The notes: generated from the letters alone by a model not told the origin. Counted from the first letter of the stretch, positions 7,881-19,139 are shown. The stretch: DNA of 64,000 bases from Candidatus Omnitrophota bacterium (GCA_023247255.1 JAHFGV010000005.1:6067-70066); one strand, 5' to 3'. A program made the numbers and translations.

Positions 7881-9383
7881 ATGAGTGCTCTGTTACTTGA
7901 GAGTCTACGCGCTTGGTGGCCTGAAACTATCCTAAGCTTCGGGGCATTGGGGGTGTTGCTACTGGGAGCCTGGGTCCGTCCGGCTGGTCCCTCGAAGGCC
8001 ACAAGCAACGGCGGCCTCTTTGCCGCCGAGACGTCTACCACGAGTACCCGTCTATTTTGGATCGCAAGTGGGGTGATCCTCGTTGCCTCAGGGGTGGCGC
8101 TTTGGTTTTCTCCGACGAGCCCGGACAGCGAGACCTTCTTTGGTTTGATCATCTGCGATCCGCTCAGCCGGGTTCTTCGGTGGATTGCCTTGGCAACGAC
8201 GGCTTTGGTTATCCTGATGGTCGTAGATTCCCGTGAGGTTGTTTCCCATCGCAGGGGTGAGTACGTGGGGCTTTTGCTGCTGATCGGTCTGGGGCTCATG
8301 CTCATGGCGGAGGCGAATCATCTGCTGATGGCCTATGTGGCGATGGAGCTGGTCAGTTTGAGTTCTTATGTCTTGGTGGGGTTCTTGGACCAGCGGCGAT
8401 CCGCCGAGGCGGCGCTCAAGTATCTGTTCTTCGGAGCCTTGTCCTCAGCGGTGATGCTTTTCGGGATGTCTCTTCTGTTCGGGCTCACAGGGCAGTTGGG
8501 TTTCCCCGACATCCTTCAAGCGCTGATGCGTCCGGTAGCCGGTTCAGGGGCGCTGATGATGGTGGCCGTGACCTTTCTTCTGGCAGGGCTCGCCTTTAAG
8601 ATTTCCATGGTGCCTTTTCACATGTGGACGCCGGATGCCTACGAAGGGGCTCCGGTGCCTGTGGCTGCTTTTTTGTCCGTAGGTCCTAAAGCGGCGGGGC
8701 TTGCCCTGTTGCTTCGAGTAATGACTGCGCTGGGGCCGAGATGGCCGGATCTGGAGCCGCTTATCCTGAGCCTTACGATTGTGACGATGACTTTAGGCAA
8801 TCTGGTAGCCATTGTGCAGACGAATGTGAAGCGGCTGCTTGCCTATTCGACGATCGCTCAGGTGGGCTATCTTTTGATTGGATTCTCTGTCAATTCCAAC
8901 CTGGGATTGCAAGCCATCCTCGTTTACCTGGTGGCTTACATGTTCATGAATCTGGGGGTTTTTGCTTGTGCGGTGGCGGTCGTGAATGATTCGGGAAACG
9001 AATCCCTGGAGGCCTTTCGAGGGCTGGCGCAACGCTCGCCGGTCCTTGCGTTTTTATGCACGCTGTTTCTCCTTTCCTTGGCGGGCATTCCCCCGCTTCT
9101 GGGATTTTTCGGAAAGTTCCTTCTCTTCGGGGCCGCGGTCGAATCGGGACAGATCGTTCTTGCTATCGCGGGCGTCGTAAACAGCGCGGTGGCGCTCTAC
9201 TACTATATCAACCTGGTACGACTGATGTACCTATTGGATCCTCAACAGGCTCGCCCCCTGCATCTTAAGCTTCCCCTGCGGCTGGCTGTGGTTCTCTGCG
9301 GGGTCGGGACACTATGGCTTGGCTTATTCCCCAACGAGTTGGTGGCGTTGCTTCGAGGGTCTTCGTTCATCAGCTTGTTCTAA
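7881..9383 (+). CDS. nuoN: NADH-quinone oxidoreductase subunit N
   Basis: ATG 7881 (500 aa) with FKISMVPFHMWTPDAYEGAP and LAYSTIAQVGY. The track start at 7749 overlaps the nuoM end. Confidence 0.85.
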   Translation: MSALLLESLRAWWPETILSFGALGVLLLGAWVRPAGPSKATSNGGLFAAETSTTSTRLFWIASGVILVASGVALWFSPTSPDSETFFGLIICDPLSRVLRWIALATTALVILMVVDSREVVSHRRGEYVGLLLLIGLGLMLMAEANHLLMAYVAMELVSLSSYVLVGFLDQRRSAEAALKYLFFGALSSAVMLFGMSLLFGLTGQLGFPDILQALMRPVAGSGALMMVAVTFLLAGLAFKISMVPFHMWTPDAYEGAPVPVAAFLSVGPKAAGLALLLRVMTALGPRWPDLEPLILSLTIVTMTLGNLVAIVQTNVKRLLAYSTIAQVGYLLIGFSVNSNLGLQAILVYLVAYMFMNLGVFACAVAVVNDSGNESLEAFRGLAQRSPVLAFLCTLFLLSLAGIPPLLGFFGKFLLFGAAVESGQIVLAIAGVVNSAVALYYYINLVRLMYLLDPQQARPLHLKLPLRLAVVLCGVGTLWLGLFPNELVALLRGSSFISLF

Positions 9384-9395
9384 GCCGTGAAAATT

Positions 9396-9425
9396 TTCAC
9401 AAAGCGAAGGCTCTTGTGTTATAAT
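9396..9425 (+). promoter_or_regulatory. sigma70-like promoter candidate for the atp operon
   Basis: TTCACA (9396-9401), 18-nt spacer, then TGT-TATAAT (extended -10, hexamer 9420-9425), about 20 nt before the atpZ ATG. Confidence 0.4.
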
Positions 9426-9445
9426 CCCCCCACCTGTGGGGGATC

Positions 9446-9676
9446 ATGCGTGCCGATTGGTCGACTTGGGCCCAGCAAGCGGGATTGTTGACGTCCATTC
9501 CCTTTGTATTGCTAGTCGGTCCCGCGATCGGCTACTCTCTCGGTGCTGCCTTAGATCATCGATGGCCCTATACTCCTTGTGGATTGGTGGGAGGAATTGT
9601 CTTAGGATTTCTCGCAAGTGGTAAGGTAACGATTCAATTGATTCGTCAGGCGCAGAAACTCAATCGCAATGGGTGA
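9446..9676 (+). CDS. atpZ: AtpZ-like small membrane protein of F-ATPase operons
   Basis: 76 aa with two TM helices and the pattern GPAIGYSLGAALD...GLVGGIVLG. Sits at the head of the atp operon. Confidence 0.55.
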   Translation: MRADWSTWAQQAGLLTSIPFVLLVGPAIGYSLGAALDHRWPYTPCGLVGGIVLGFLASGKVTIQLIRQAQKLNRNG

Positions 9677-10073
9677 CGCATTCATTCGACGACTGTGGCG
9701 CTTGGGCAGTACCCTCTTGTTAGTCAGTGGAGGGCTTGCCGGTTCTTTTTACGGTATTCGGGGTGCGCTCGGTGTGCTCTCAGGAGGGTTCTGGAATTTA
9801 ATCAACCTCTGGTGCCTTCAGAATTTGCTCAACGCTTGGTTAGGCACTACGCGCTCTACCCGTCGAGTTGTGGGGTGGATAGTGCTTAAGTTCTTATTCC
9901 TCTATGGGCTCGTAGTGCTCCTGTTGCGCCATCCAGCCATTTCCCTCATGGGGTTTGGTATTGGGTTTACTATTATATTGATCAGCGCCATCGGTATCTT
10001 TGCGGTCCAAGCAAGGGGTTTGATTGTCACTGTTTCCCAAGCAGGTCCCGGTGCAGTCCGTGGCTATCGCTGA
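9669..10073 (+). CDS. atpI: ATP synthase protein I-like membrane protein
   Basis: 134 aa, about 4 TM helices, positioned between atpZ and atpB. Confidence 0.5.
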   Translation: MGDAFIRRLWRLGSTLLLVSGGLAGSFYGIRGALGVLSGGFWNLINLWCLQNLLNAWLGTTRSTRRVVGWIVLKFLFLYGLVVLLLRHPAISLMGFGIGFTIILISAIGIFAVQARGLIVTVSQAGPGAVRGYR

Positions 10074-10076
10074 AAA

Positions 10077-10928
10077 TTGACAGATATGATCGCTGAAGCC
10101 CTCGAACGCGCTTCCCACCCAGTCGAACAAGCGACCGCGCATGCGGCAGCGTCCGCTGGATCTCACGGGACAGAGATTCCGGAACTCGCTAACTGGATCA
10201 GTCTGATAAATCATCGCCTTGCTGACTCAGCCTTTGTTGCGTGGCTTCATCACTGGGAGGATTTAGCTTTTTCACTGTTGGTGGGTCTTATGCTTTGTGC
10301 CATCAGTTGGCTCTATGCGAGAAAACCCTCAATGGTACCGCGGGGCCCGCAAAACCTCCTGGAGCTTTTAGTCGAAAGTATCGACCAATCTGTGCAAGGT
10401 ATCCTGGGTAAGGCAGGACGGCGCTACACACCCTTTATCGGCACGCTGTTTCTATACATCTTGCTTATGAACCTGTCTGTGTTGATTCCTGGTATGAAAT
10501 CCGCAACGTCCCGATTGAACACAACGCTTGGGTTGGCTCTGGTTGTTTTCTGCCACGTGCAGTGGATTGGCATAAAATCCAGAGGGTTCCTTAAGTATCT
10601 CGATCATCTGGCCGGCTCGCCACGAGATGCCGTTGGCTGGACGCTGATACCCCTGATGTTTCCGATCCATCTGTTGGGTGAGATCGTCAAGCCCATGAGC
10701 CTGAGCTTGCGACTCGGCTTCAATGTTTTTGCGGAAGATGTGCTGTTGGCGGTCCTGGTGGGTTTGGGGCTCTCGGCAGGCTTGTTACTCCATTTGCCCG
10801 TTGGCCTGCCGCTTCAGACGTTTGTTGTCCCTTTGGTTTTGATCTTTAGTACGGTGCAGGCTCTGGTATTCAGCCTGCTGAGTACAATTTACATCGCACT
10901 TTTGTTACCTCACGAAGCGCATCATTAG
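10077..10928 (+). CDS. atpB: F0 ATP synthase subunit a
   Basis: 283 aa with the conserved-Arg motif LSLRLGFNVFAED. The start may be TTG 10077 or ATG 10086. Confidence 0.9.
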   Translation: MTDMIAEALERASHPVEQATAHAAASAGSHGTEIPELANWISLINHRLADSAFVAWLHHWEDLAFSLLVGLMLCAISWLYARKPSMVPRGPQNLLELLVESIDQSVQGILGKAGRRYTPFIGTLFLYILLMNLSVLIPGMKSATSRLNTTLGLALVVFCHVQWIGIKSRGFLKYLDHLAGSPRDAVGWTLIPLMFPIHLLGEIVKPMSLSLRLGFNVFAEDVLLAVLVGLGLSAGLLLHLPVGLPLQTFVVPLVLIFSTVQALVFSLLSTIYIALLLPHEAHH

Positions 10929-10956
10929 TACACTAGAAACAAGGAGGAGAATCGCT

Positions 10957-11199
10957 ATGCCACAGACGTATCAAGCGATGTTGGCACTCACTGTGCCGTT
11001 AGCCTTAGGGTTAGCCGCGATGGCCTCGGCGTTCGGCTTGGGCCGAGCAGTGAGTGCTGCCATGGAAGCCATTGCGCGTCAGCCAGAAGCCGGTGGACAG
11101 ATCCAAACCACTATGATCATCGGCTGCGCCCTCATCGAAGCGTTGACGATCTATGTTCTTGTCATCGCCTTCGTCCTTCAAGGCAAGATTACCGTCTAG
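10957..11199 (+). CDS. atpE: F0 ATP synthase subunit c
   Basis: 80-aa hairpin protein with EAIARQPE and the carboxylate in ALIEALTIY. AAGGAGG lies upstream. Confidence 0.9.
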   Translation: MPQTYQAMLALTVPLALGLAAMASAFGLGRAVSAAMEAIARQPEAGGQIQTTMIIGCALIEALTIYVLVIAFVLQGKITV

Positions 11200-11260
11200 A
11201 AAACTGCCTGTTTGTATGCTTTCCAGTCACTGGTCACTGACCACGGATCTCTGAATTTCG

Positions 11261-11773
11261 ATGCCTCCTATTCTGCAACTGGACGTCCAGCAGATTATTT
11301 CACAGGCCATCAGCTTTCTAATCCTGCTGTGGGTGCTTAAGCGTTTTGCCTGGCGTCCGCTGCTTTCGATGCTCGATCAGCGTCGGGAGCGTATCGATCA
11401 GGACTTAGCGCAGGCGGCGGCCAAGAAAGAAGAGCTGACGCGCCTTGAGGAAGACTACCGCAAGCGCTTGGCGGCGATCGACCAGGAAGCCCGGCTAAAG
11501 ATTCAGGAAGCTGTTCAGGAAGGCAAACAGGTGGCTATGGAGATTCAAGGACAGGCGCGTGTTGCGGCTCAAAACATCCTGGCGAAAGCCCAGGAAACGG
11601 TAGAGATGGAACTCTCCAAGGCTAAAGTTACATTGAGGGATCAAGTGGTTGAGATGACTTTAGAGGCGCTCGAACGCATGCTGCGCAAAAAACTCGACGC
11701 CCAGACGGATCGTCTGCTCATCGAAGCGTCCCTCGAAGAGCTGGAGCAGCAACAATCCACGAAGACTTCGTGA
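11261..11773 (+). CDS. atpF: F0 ATP synthase subunit b
   Basis: 170 aa: an N-terminal TM helix followed by a long charged helix. Operon position fits. Confidence 0.8.
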   Translation: MPPILQLDVQQIISQAISFLILLWVLKRFAWRPLLSMLDQRRERIDQDLAQAAAKKEELTRLEEDYRKRLAAIDQEARLKIQEAVQEGKQVAMEIQGQARVAAQNILAKAQETVEMELSKAKVTLRDQVVEMTLEALERMLRKKLDAQTDRLLIEASLEELEQQQSTKTS

Positions 11774-11882
11774 ATTGCCGATTTTCGATTTTGGGCTGAG
11801 AGAATTTTCGATTGTAGATTTTAGATTGTCGATTGGAAAACACGACAAATCGACAATCGAAAATTGACAATCGACGATTCGT
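11772..11882. repeat. CGATTGTCGATT-unit palindromic element, copy A
   Basis: Starts at the atpF stop. The arms TAGATTGTCGATT and AATCGACAATCGA are complementary. Related to copy B at 19280-19363. Confidence 0.6.
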
Positions 11883-11940
11883 TGGGCCTTAAGCCAAAAG
11901 CCTTGAGCAAACAGATATTTTCCGTAGCCTGCTAGTACGA

Positions 11941-12489
11941 ATGGTAATGAATCCCATCGCGAGTCGCTACGCCGAAGCCCTCTTAGAAGTATCCAAGGAT
12001 GCAGATGCGGTTGATGAGACGCTGGGGCAACTCCTCATCATCCGCCAGGCGCTTCAGGAACATCCCGATGCTCGGGGGCTGTTCTACAATCCTGACGTGA
12101 CGCCCAAGGAGAAAGTGGCGGTGTTGGATCGATCGGTGCAAGGTCAATGGACGGGCTTAGTGCGTTCCTTCATCCAAGTGGTCGCTTCCTTTAACCGCGC
12201 CGAATGCCTCGATGAGATCATTGAGGCTTTTGGGCAAGCGGTGGATGCTGCGCAGGGACGTCTGCGAGTCACCGTTCGCTCAGCGTCCGCGATTTCCGAA
12301 GAACTCCTGGAACGTTTGCGCCTGAGCTTGGCTAAGCGGGAAGGCAAGGAGATTCTCCTGCGCAGGGAACTGGACGCGCAGCTTATCGGAGGCTTGCAGA
12401 TCGTTTTGGATCATCGCGTCATCGATGGTTCGCTGCGTCGGCAGTTGACGGAGTTGCGCCAGCGTCTGCGTCGTGTGAGGGTCCACTAA
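11941..12489 (+). CDS. atpH: F1 ATP synthase subunit delta
   Basis: 182 aa with an OSCP-like N-terminus ([11 protein letters not shown]). Operon position fits. Confidence 0.8.
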   Translation: MVMNPIASRYAEALLEVSKDADAVDETLGQLLIIRQALQEHPDARGLFYNPDVTPKEKVAVLDRSVQGQWTGLVRSFIQVVASFNRAECLDEIIEAFGQAVDAAQGRLRVTVRSASAISEELLERLRLSLAKREGKEILLRRELDAQLIGGLQIVLDHRVIDGSLRRQLTELRQRLRRVRVH

Positions 12490-12493
12490 GAAA

Positions 12494-14038
12494 ATGGCTC
12501 GATTACATCCTGAAGAAGTCTCACTTGCCTTAAAGCAAGAGATTGAACGTTACAAGAGCCAGGTGCGCTTAGATTCTGTTGGGCGCGTCATCCAGGTGGG
12601 GGATGGGATTGCCCGCATCTATGGCCTCGACGATGCGATGGCTGGGGAGCTTTTGGAATTTCCCGGGCAAACGATGGGGATGGTCTTCAACCTGGAAGAA
12701 CATCACGTCGGCGCGGTCATCTTTGGATCCGACAGACACATCAAGGATGGGGATGGGGTTAAACGCACCAACCGCATCGCCTCTGTTCCGGTTGGAGCAG
12801 CCCTTTTGGGACGTGTGGTGGACGCCTTGGGCCGGCCGCTCGATGGGAAAGGGCCGATCGTCACCGATCATTTTCGCCCGATCGAGTCACGATCCCCCAA
12901 CGTGGTGCAGCGTCAGCCGGTCAAGGAACCAGTGCAGACGGGAATCCAGGCGATCGATGCGATGATTCCCATCGGCCGCGGCCAGCGTGAGCTCATCCTC
13001 GGGGACCGTCAGATCGGAAAGACTGCCATTCTCATCGATACCCTGCTCAACCAGAAGGGCAAAGACCTGTTCTGTATTTATGTCGCCATCGGCCAGAAGC
13101 TCTCCAGCGTCGTTGCCGTCGTGGAAACGCTCCAAAAATACGACGCCATGGATTACACGATCGTCGTCGTAGCGTCCGCGGAAGATCCCGCATCCCTGCA
13201 ATACCTCGCTCCCTATGCCGGCTGCGCGATGGGCGAGGAGTTTATGGCCGTCGGCAAACATGCCCTGTGCGTGTACGACGATCTTTCCAAGCACGCCCAG
13301 GCTTATCGGCAACTCTCCTTGCTTCTGCGTCGTCCTCCTGGCCGCGAGGCCTATCCGGGCGACGTCTTCTACCTCCACTCGCGTCTTTTGGAACGCGCGG
13401 CCAAGCTCCGCGAGGATCTGGGTGGGGGCAGCCTCACCGCCATTCCTGTGATCGAAACTCAGGCGGGTGACGTTTCAGCCTATATTCCAACCAACGTCAT
13501 TTCGATTACGGACGGGCAGATCTACCTCGAAGGGGATCTTTTCTACTCCGGCGTGCGTCCGGCCATCAACGTCGGGCTATCCGTCTCGCGTGTCGGGGGA
13601 AGCGCCCAGACAAAGGCCATGAAAAAAGTGGCCGGCCGTTTGCGTCTCAACCTGGCCCAGTACCGGGAACTGGTTGCATTCACGCAATTCGGCTCGGAAC
13701 TCGATCGAGCGACGCAAGCCCAACTGACGCGTGGGGAGCGAATGGTCGAGATCCTCAAGCAAGGCCAGTATGAGCCCATGAGCCTGGCGCATCAGGTGGC
13801 GATCATTTATGTCGGAGGCCAGGGTCATCTCGACGATATCCCCAAAGATCAGGTCAAGCCATTCGAGGAGGCCTTCCACCGTTTTATCGACGAGCACTAC
13901 CCGGACGTCATTCATGAAATCGAAAAGACCAAAGACCTCTCCGAAACGATTGCCAAGCGCTTGGATGAGGCCGCCGTCAAATGCAAGCAACAATTTTTAT
14001 CAGCAATAGCAAATGGCTCGATGGCACATAGCAGATAG
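12494..14038 (+). CDS. atpA: F1 ATP synthase subunit alpha
   Basis: 514 aa with Walker A GDRQIGKT. The last ~13 codons and the stop lie in the repeat block 14001-14142. Confidence 0.95.
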   Translation: MARLHPEEVSLALKQEIERYKSQVRLDSVGRVIQVGDGIARIYGLDDAMAGELLEFPGQTMGMVFNLEEHHVGAVIFGSDRHIKDGDGVKRTNRIASVPVGAALLGRVVDALGRPLDGKGPIVTDHFRPIESRSPNVVQRQPVKEPVQTGIQAIDAMIPIGRGQRELILGDRQIGKTAILIDTLLNQKGKDLFCIYVAIGQKLSSVVAVVETLQKYDAMDYTIVVVASAEDPASLQYLAPYAGCAMGEEFMAVGKHALCVYDDLSKHAQAYRQLSLLLRRPPGREAYPGDVFYLHSRLLERAAKLREDLGGGSLTAIPVIETQAGDVSAYIPTNVISITDGQIYLEGDLFYSGVRPAINVGLSVSRVGGSAQTKAMKKVAGRLRLNLAQYRELVAFTQFGSELDRATQAQLTRGERMVEILKQGQYEPMSLAHQVAIIYVGGQGHLDDIPKDQVKPFEEAFHRFIDEHYPDVIHEIEKTKDLSETIAKRLDEAAVKCKQQFLSAIANGSMAHSR

Positions 14039-14160
14039 TAAAGAGCAAAGAATCCGCGCAACACTTATGGCACAAGAAAAGAGAATTCACGAACGACGTA
14101 CTTTTCTTTGCTATTTGCTATCGAGCTATCTGCTAAGTGCTGTGTGTTGATTGGTGGATT

Positions 14161-15060
14161 ATGGCTTCCTTGCGTCAACTCCGGCAACGCATCAAGAGCG
14201 TTCAAAATAGCTCGCAGATCATGCGGGCGATGCAATTGGTTTCCGCCTCAAAGCTCAAGCGCACGCAGGTGAAACTCCTTCGCTCTCGCGAGGTTATGCA
14301 GTTTCTCGATGATCTACTCCAGCGCGTACTGGCGGCATCTGCCGATCTGTCGCACCCTTTATGCGTCTCGCGCAAGGAAGGCCCTTGTGCCCTGGTTCTG
14401 TTTACATCGGACGCCGGCTTGAGCGGCTCTTACAACACCCGTCTGATTCAATTAGCCGAGGCGCACTTAAGGCGGGACAGTCTATCTCCGACGCAGCTTT
14501 ATTTCATCGGAAAGAAAGGCTACCGTTATTTCACCAAGCGAGGCTTTGCAGCTACGCAGGCCTATACGGATTTGGCGGGCCGGTTTGAGCCGAAAAAGAC
14601 TCTACCCATCGCCCAGGATTTGATGGACCGTTTTCTTTCCGGAAAACTCGCCGCCATCGAGTTCCTCTACTGCCGATTTGTCTCCGCCGCCGTTTATCAT
14701 CCGACTATCGTTTCATGGCTTCCCATCCAATTCAGCAGACAGCACGTAGCAGACAGCACACAGAAAATCAGCAATCAGCGCTCAACGATCAGTGAACCGA
14801 CGGAGTATATCTTCGAGCCATCCCCTCAAGCCATCTTTGAGGATTTGCTGCCGCGCTGGGCGATGGCTAAGTTTCAATGTATTCTGCTTGAGGCTTTTAC
14901 CTCCGAGCACAGCGCCCGCATGATCGCCATGAAAAACGCCACGGAAAACGCGCAAGAAATCCTCAAGACCCTGACGATGCAGCGCAACAAAATCCGCCAA
15001 GCATCCATCACCAAGGAACTGAGCGAAATCGTCGGCACCGCGGAAGCCCTCAAGGAGTGA
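14161..15060 (+). CDS. atpG: F1 ATP synthase subunit gamma
   Basis: ATG 14161 gives MASLRQLRQRIKSVQNSSQIMRAMQLVSASKL. C-terminus reads ITKELSEIVGTAEAL. Confidence 0.9.
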   Translation: MASLRQLRQRIKSVQNSSQIMRAMQLVSASKLKRTQVKLLRSREVMQFLDDLLQRVLAASADLSHPLCVSRKEGPCALVLFTSDAGLSGSYNTRLIQLAEAHLRRDSLSPTQLYFIGKKGYRYFTKRGFAATQAYTDLAGRFEPKKTLPIAQDLMDRFLSGKLAAIEFLYCRFVSAAVYHPTIVSWLPIQFSRQHVADSTQKISNQRSTISEPTEYIFEPSPQAIFEDLLPRWAMAKFQCILLEAFTSEHSARMIAMKNATENAQEILKTLTMQRNKIRQASITKELSEIVGTAEALKE

Positions 15061-15064
15061 GCCG

Positions 15065-15093
15065 TTGACAGGCGTCAAGAAGCAAGGTATCCT
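15065..15093 (+). promoter_or_regulatory. sigma70-like promoter candidate of the TA cassette
   Basis: TTGACA (15065-15070), 17-nt spacer, TATCCT (15088-15093). Begins 5 nt after the atpG stop. Confidence 0.35.
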
Positions 15094-15131
15094 TTTTTAT
15101 GGATTATCCAGAAGAAAGGAGGTGCGGTACG

Positions 15132-15392
15132 ATGACCAAGGGACTGGTGGCGCCGATATCCTCCAAGGGGCAGGTGACACTCCCAAAAGGTGTGCGCGAG
15201 CTCCTTCACGTAGAGCGTGGCGACTATATCCGCTTTGAGCCAAAGGTTGACGGAGTATGGGTCACAAAAATCCGGCTTGAGCCAGAGGGGTTCTCTGAGA
15301 ATGAGTGGAAGACCCTTGAGCGTTTAGCGCGTCAGAAAGGTAAGCGATACACCGATGCAAAGGCCTTTCTCAAAGATCTCGAAGCGCTCTGA
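15132..15392 (+). CDS. AbrB/SpoVT-family antitoxin
   Basis: ATG 15132 follows AAGGAGG. SpoVT/AbrB looped-hinge motif SSKGQVTLPKGVRELL. Confidence 0.7.
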   Translation: MTKGLVAPISSKGQVTLPKGVRELLHVERGDYIRFEPKVDGVWVTKIRLEPEGFSENEWKTLERLARQKGKRYTDAKAFLKDLEAL

Positions 15393-15401
15393 TGCGTTCT
15401 G

Positions 15402-15680
15402 ATGCGTTATGAGCGCAAGCCATCCTTTAGCCGGTCTCTGCGACGTTTGCCCCCTGATCGGAAGGTACGCATCAAAGATGCGATTCGCAACCTTGTGATC
15501 TTCCTCGAAACCAAACAGCAGCCGCATGGGCTTGGCTTAAAACGTCTGCGAGCAGACTACTGGCAGGTGCGGGCAGGATTGGGGGATCGGGTTATCTTCC
15601 GACTGGTCGATGACCTCATTGAGTTTGTGATTGTTGGGAGTCATGATGAGATCCAACGGTTTCTACGTCATTCCGTTTGA
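15402..15680 (+). CDS. RelE/ParE-superfamily toxin
   Basis: 92 aa with YWQVRAGLGDRVIFRLVDDLIEFVIVGSHDE, which fits the RelE/ParE fold pattern. Paired with the upstream antitoxin. Confidence 0.6.
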   Translation: MRYERKPSFSRSLRRLPPDRKVRIKDAIRNLVIFLETKQQPHGLGLKRLRADYWQVRAGLGDRVIFRLVDDLIEFVIVGSHDEIQRFLRHSV

Positions 15681-15710
15681 ATCGTCGGCACGGCCGAGGC
15701 CCTCAAGTGA
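15680..15710 (+). repeat. duplicate of the atpG 3' end
   Basis: AATCGTCGGCACGGCCGAGGCCCTCAAGTGA matches 15027-15060. It would encode IVGTAEALK*, with only synonymous differences from the atpG end. Confidence 0.75.
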
Positions 15711-15715
15711 CATGA

Positions 15716-17239
<1,524 letters not shown>

Positions 17240-17320
17240 CCCCACCCCCTGTCTGCGTGCTGAAGGCACGCCACGTTGTACAGGATCCCCAGGCTGCTGA
17301 TCAGTGAAGAGAGTCAATCC

Positions 17321-17611
17321 ATGACGATGACATTGCGGGTGCTGACGCCGGAAGGCCTCTACATGAAAGAGGAAGCTACAGCCATCCGTGCGCCCGGCAC
17401 TTTGGGTTACCTCGGTGTTCTCCGAAATCACGCGCCGCTGGTCACTACCATTCAACCGGGCAAACTCACCTGGAAGACAACCACCGGAGAGTCTCACGGG
17501 TTGCTCCTCGAGAGCGGTCTGATGGAAGTGATGCGCAACCAGGTGACCCTTCTCGTCGATCGTGTGCGGCCATTCGATTCATCAAAGACCCGCAGCGGGG
17601 CAACGCCATGA
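17321..17611 (+). CDS. atpC: F1 ATP synthase subunit epsilon, beta-sandwich domain only
   Basis: ATG 17321, 96 aa. N-terminal domain motifs are present (LRVLTPEG, GYLGVLRNHAPL). No C-terminal helical hairpin. Confidence 0.8.
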   Translation: MTMTLRVLTPEGLYMKEEATAIRAPGTLGYLGVLRNHAPLVTTIQPGKLTWKTTTGESHGLLLESGLMEVMRNQVTLLVDRVRPFDSSKTRSGATP

Positions 17612-19023
17612 GCAGCGACTGGATTTCCGCCAAGCGAGACTGGATCGGGTACGCCCTTTGCGTCGGGCTCACGCCTGTTTTGCTTTCCCGCCTCGGGCTG
17701 ACGGGGAGGCAAGTCATCGCCGTGGGTGGCTTCTGCACCATCCTGTATGGAGCGATCTTTTTTTGGAAGTGGCGGCTGGCCTTCGCGTGCTTCGGCATCA
17801 GTTTCCTTCTGAGTTTGGGCCTATTGGATGTGCCGCATCTGGTTGAGTTCGCCGGGCTAGACATCATCCTATTTCTCATCGCGATGATGACCGTTATCGG
17901 TTTCTTGGAAGAGAAACATTTTTTCGAGTTCGTGATCGATCGCCTCTTGCTTCTCATCGGCCCGCACCCGAAGCGCATCATGGTGGTGATGATGGTGATG
18001 GCCGCTGTTTCTGCTGCCCTGGTGGATGAGGTCACCTCGATTCTCTTCATGGTCGCGGCGATGCTCAATCTGCTCGGCCGTGCGAAGATCAATCCTGCCC
18101 CGTTTATTCTCATGCTCGTCTTCACGACCAACGTCGGATCCAGCGCAACCGTCGTGGGCAATCCGGTCGGTGTCATCATCGCGCTTCGCAGCGGGCTTAC
18201 CTTCATGGATTTTCTCCGATGGGCAACACCGATCTCTGCACTCTGTCTGGCGTTGACCATCTATCTGTGTCTGCGCCTTTTTAAGCGGGACATCAAAGCC
18301 CTCAAGACGGTCCTGGCCGGCCCCAGAGGGGAGCGTCGGCTCGAAGCGATCGTTGAGGAAGAACATCTCACCAAGCGAGGCGTGCGGCAAGCCGGTTGGT
18401 TGTTTGGGTCGGTAATCGTTGGGCTGGTTCTTCATCATCCTCTGGAGTATCTGTTGCATCTTCCGAACAACACCATGCTTTTGGGAGTTGCCCTCATCGG
18501 TGCAGGGATAGCCCTTGGCCTAATCGGCGACAAAGCCAGGGATCTCGTCGAAAAGCGGGTGGACTGGTGGACGCTTACTTTCTTTATCTTTCTATTTGCC
18601 TCGGTGGGGACACTCAAACAGACTGGTGTCACCAGTGTTATTGCCCGCAGCATCATCGAGCTTTCAGGGGGAAGCATCGCTGTGTTGACGAGTCTGTTTG
18701 CGTGGAGCTCGGGTATTCTTACCTCGGTGATGGACAACGTTCTTGCCGTCGCCACCTTCGTGCCGATTATCAGCGACGTTTCCCAGCAGGGGATTCAAAC
18801 CTTTCCCCTCTGGTGGGCGATGCTGATGGGAGGGACCTTGATGGGAAACGCGACGCTGATTGGTTCAACCGCCAATATCGTGGCTGTAGGGGTCATGGAG
18901 CGTCGAAAGCTCGGGGAAATTACCTTTGCGCAGTGGTTAGGCCCTGGCATGCTCATCGGCATCGCGACACTCCTTCTGGCTAACCTCCTTGTACTTGCGC
19001 AACTTCCGATCATGCCGCAGTGA
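17608..19023 (+). CDS. ArsB/NhaD-superfamily (CitMHS/SLC13-like) ion permease
   Basis: 471 aa, polytopic, with a two-fold repeat architecture and GSSATVVGNP / GSTANIV motifs. The ATG overlaps the atpC stop (ATGA). Confidence 0.65.
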   Translation: MSSDWISAKRDWIGYALCVGLTPVLLSRLGLTGRQVIAVGGFCTILYGAIFFWKWRLAFACFGISFLLSLGLLDVPHLVEFAGLDIILFLIAMMTVIGFLEEKHFFEFVIDRLLLLIGPHPKRIMVVMMVMAAVSAALVDEVTSILFMVAAMLNLLGRAKINPAPFILMLVFTTNVGSSATVVGNPVGVIIALRSGLTFMDFLRWATPISALCLALTIYLCLRLFKRDIKALKTVLAGPRGERRLEAIVEEEHLTKRGVRQAGWLFGSVIVGLVLHHPLEYLLHLPNNTMLLGVALIGAGIALGLIGDKARDLVEKRVDWWTLTFFIFLFASVGTLKQTGVTSVIARSIIELSGGSIAVLTSLFAWSSGILTSVMDNVLAVATFVPIISDVSQQGIQTFPLWWAMLMGGTLMGNATLIGSTANIVAVGVMERRKLGEITFAQWLGPGMLIGIATLLLANLLVLAQLPIMPQ

Positions 19024-19139
19024 CCTGTAGCGCCCACGTCTTTAGTGACGCCGTCTCACACGCCGTCTCTCTAAGTTTGGTTCCATCGCCCACAGCAGGT
19101 ATAATAAAAACTCGTTAACGGCTTTAATCTTAACGCTTC

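Noticed and set aside
14739-14805. Tandem AGCAGACAGCAC units inside atpG (encoding ..SRQHVADSTQKISNQRST..), considered as another in-frame repeat insertion.
   Set aside because: This part of gamma is naturally variable in length. The similarity to the 14001-14142 modules is only a few short words, which is not enough evidence without alignments.
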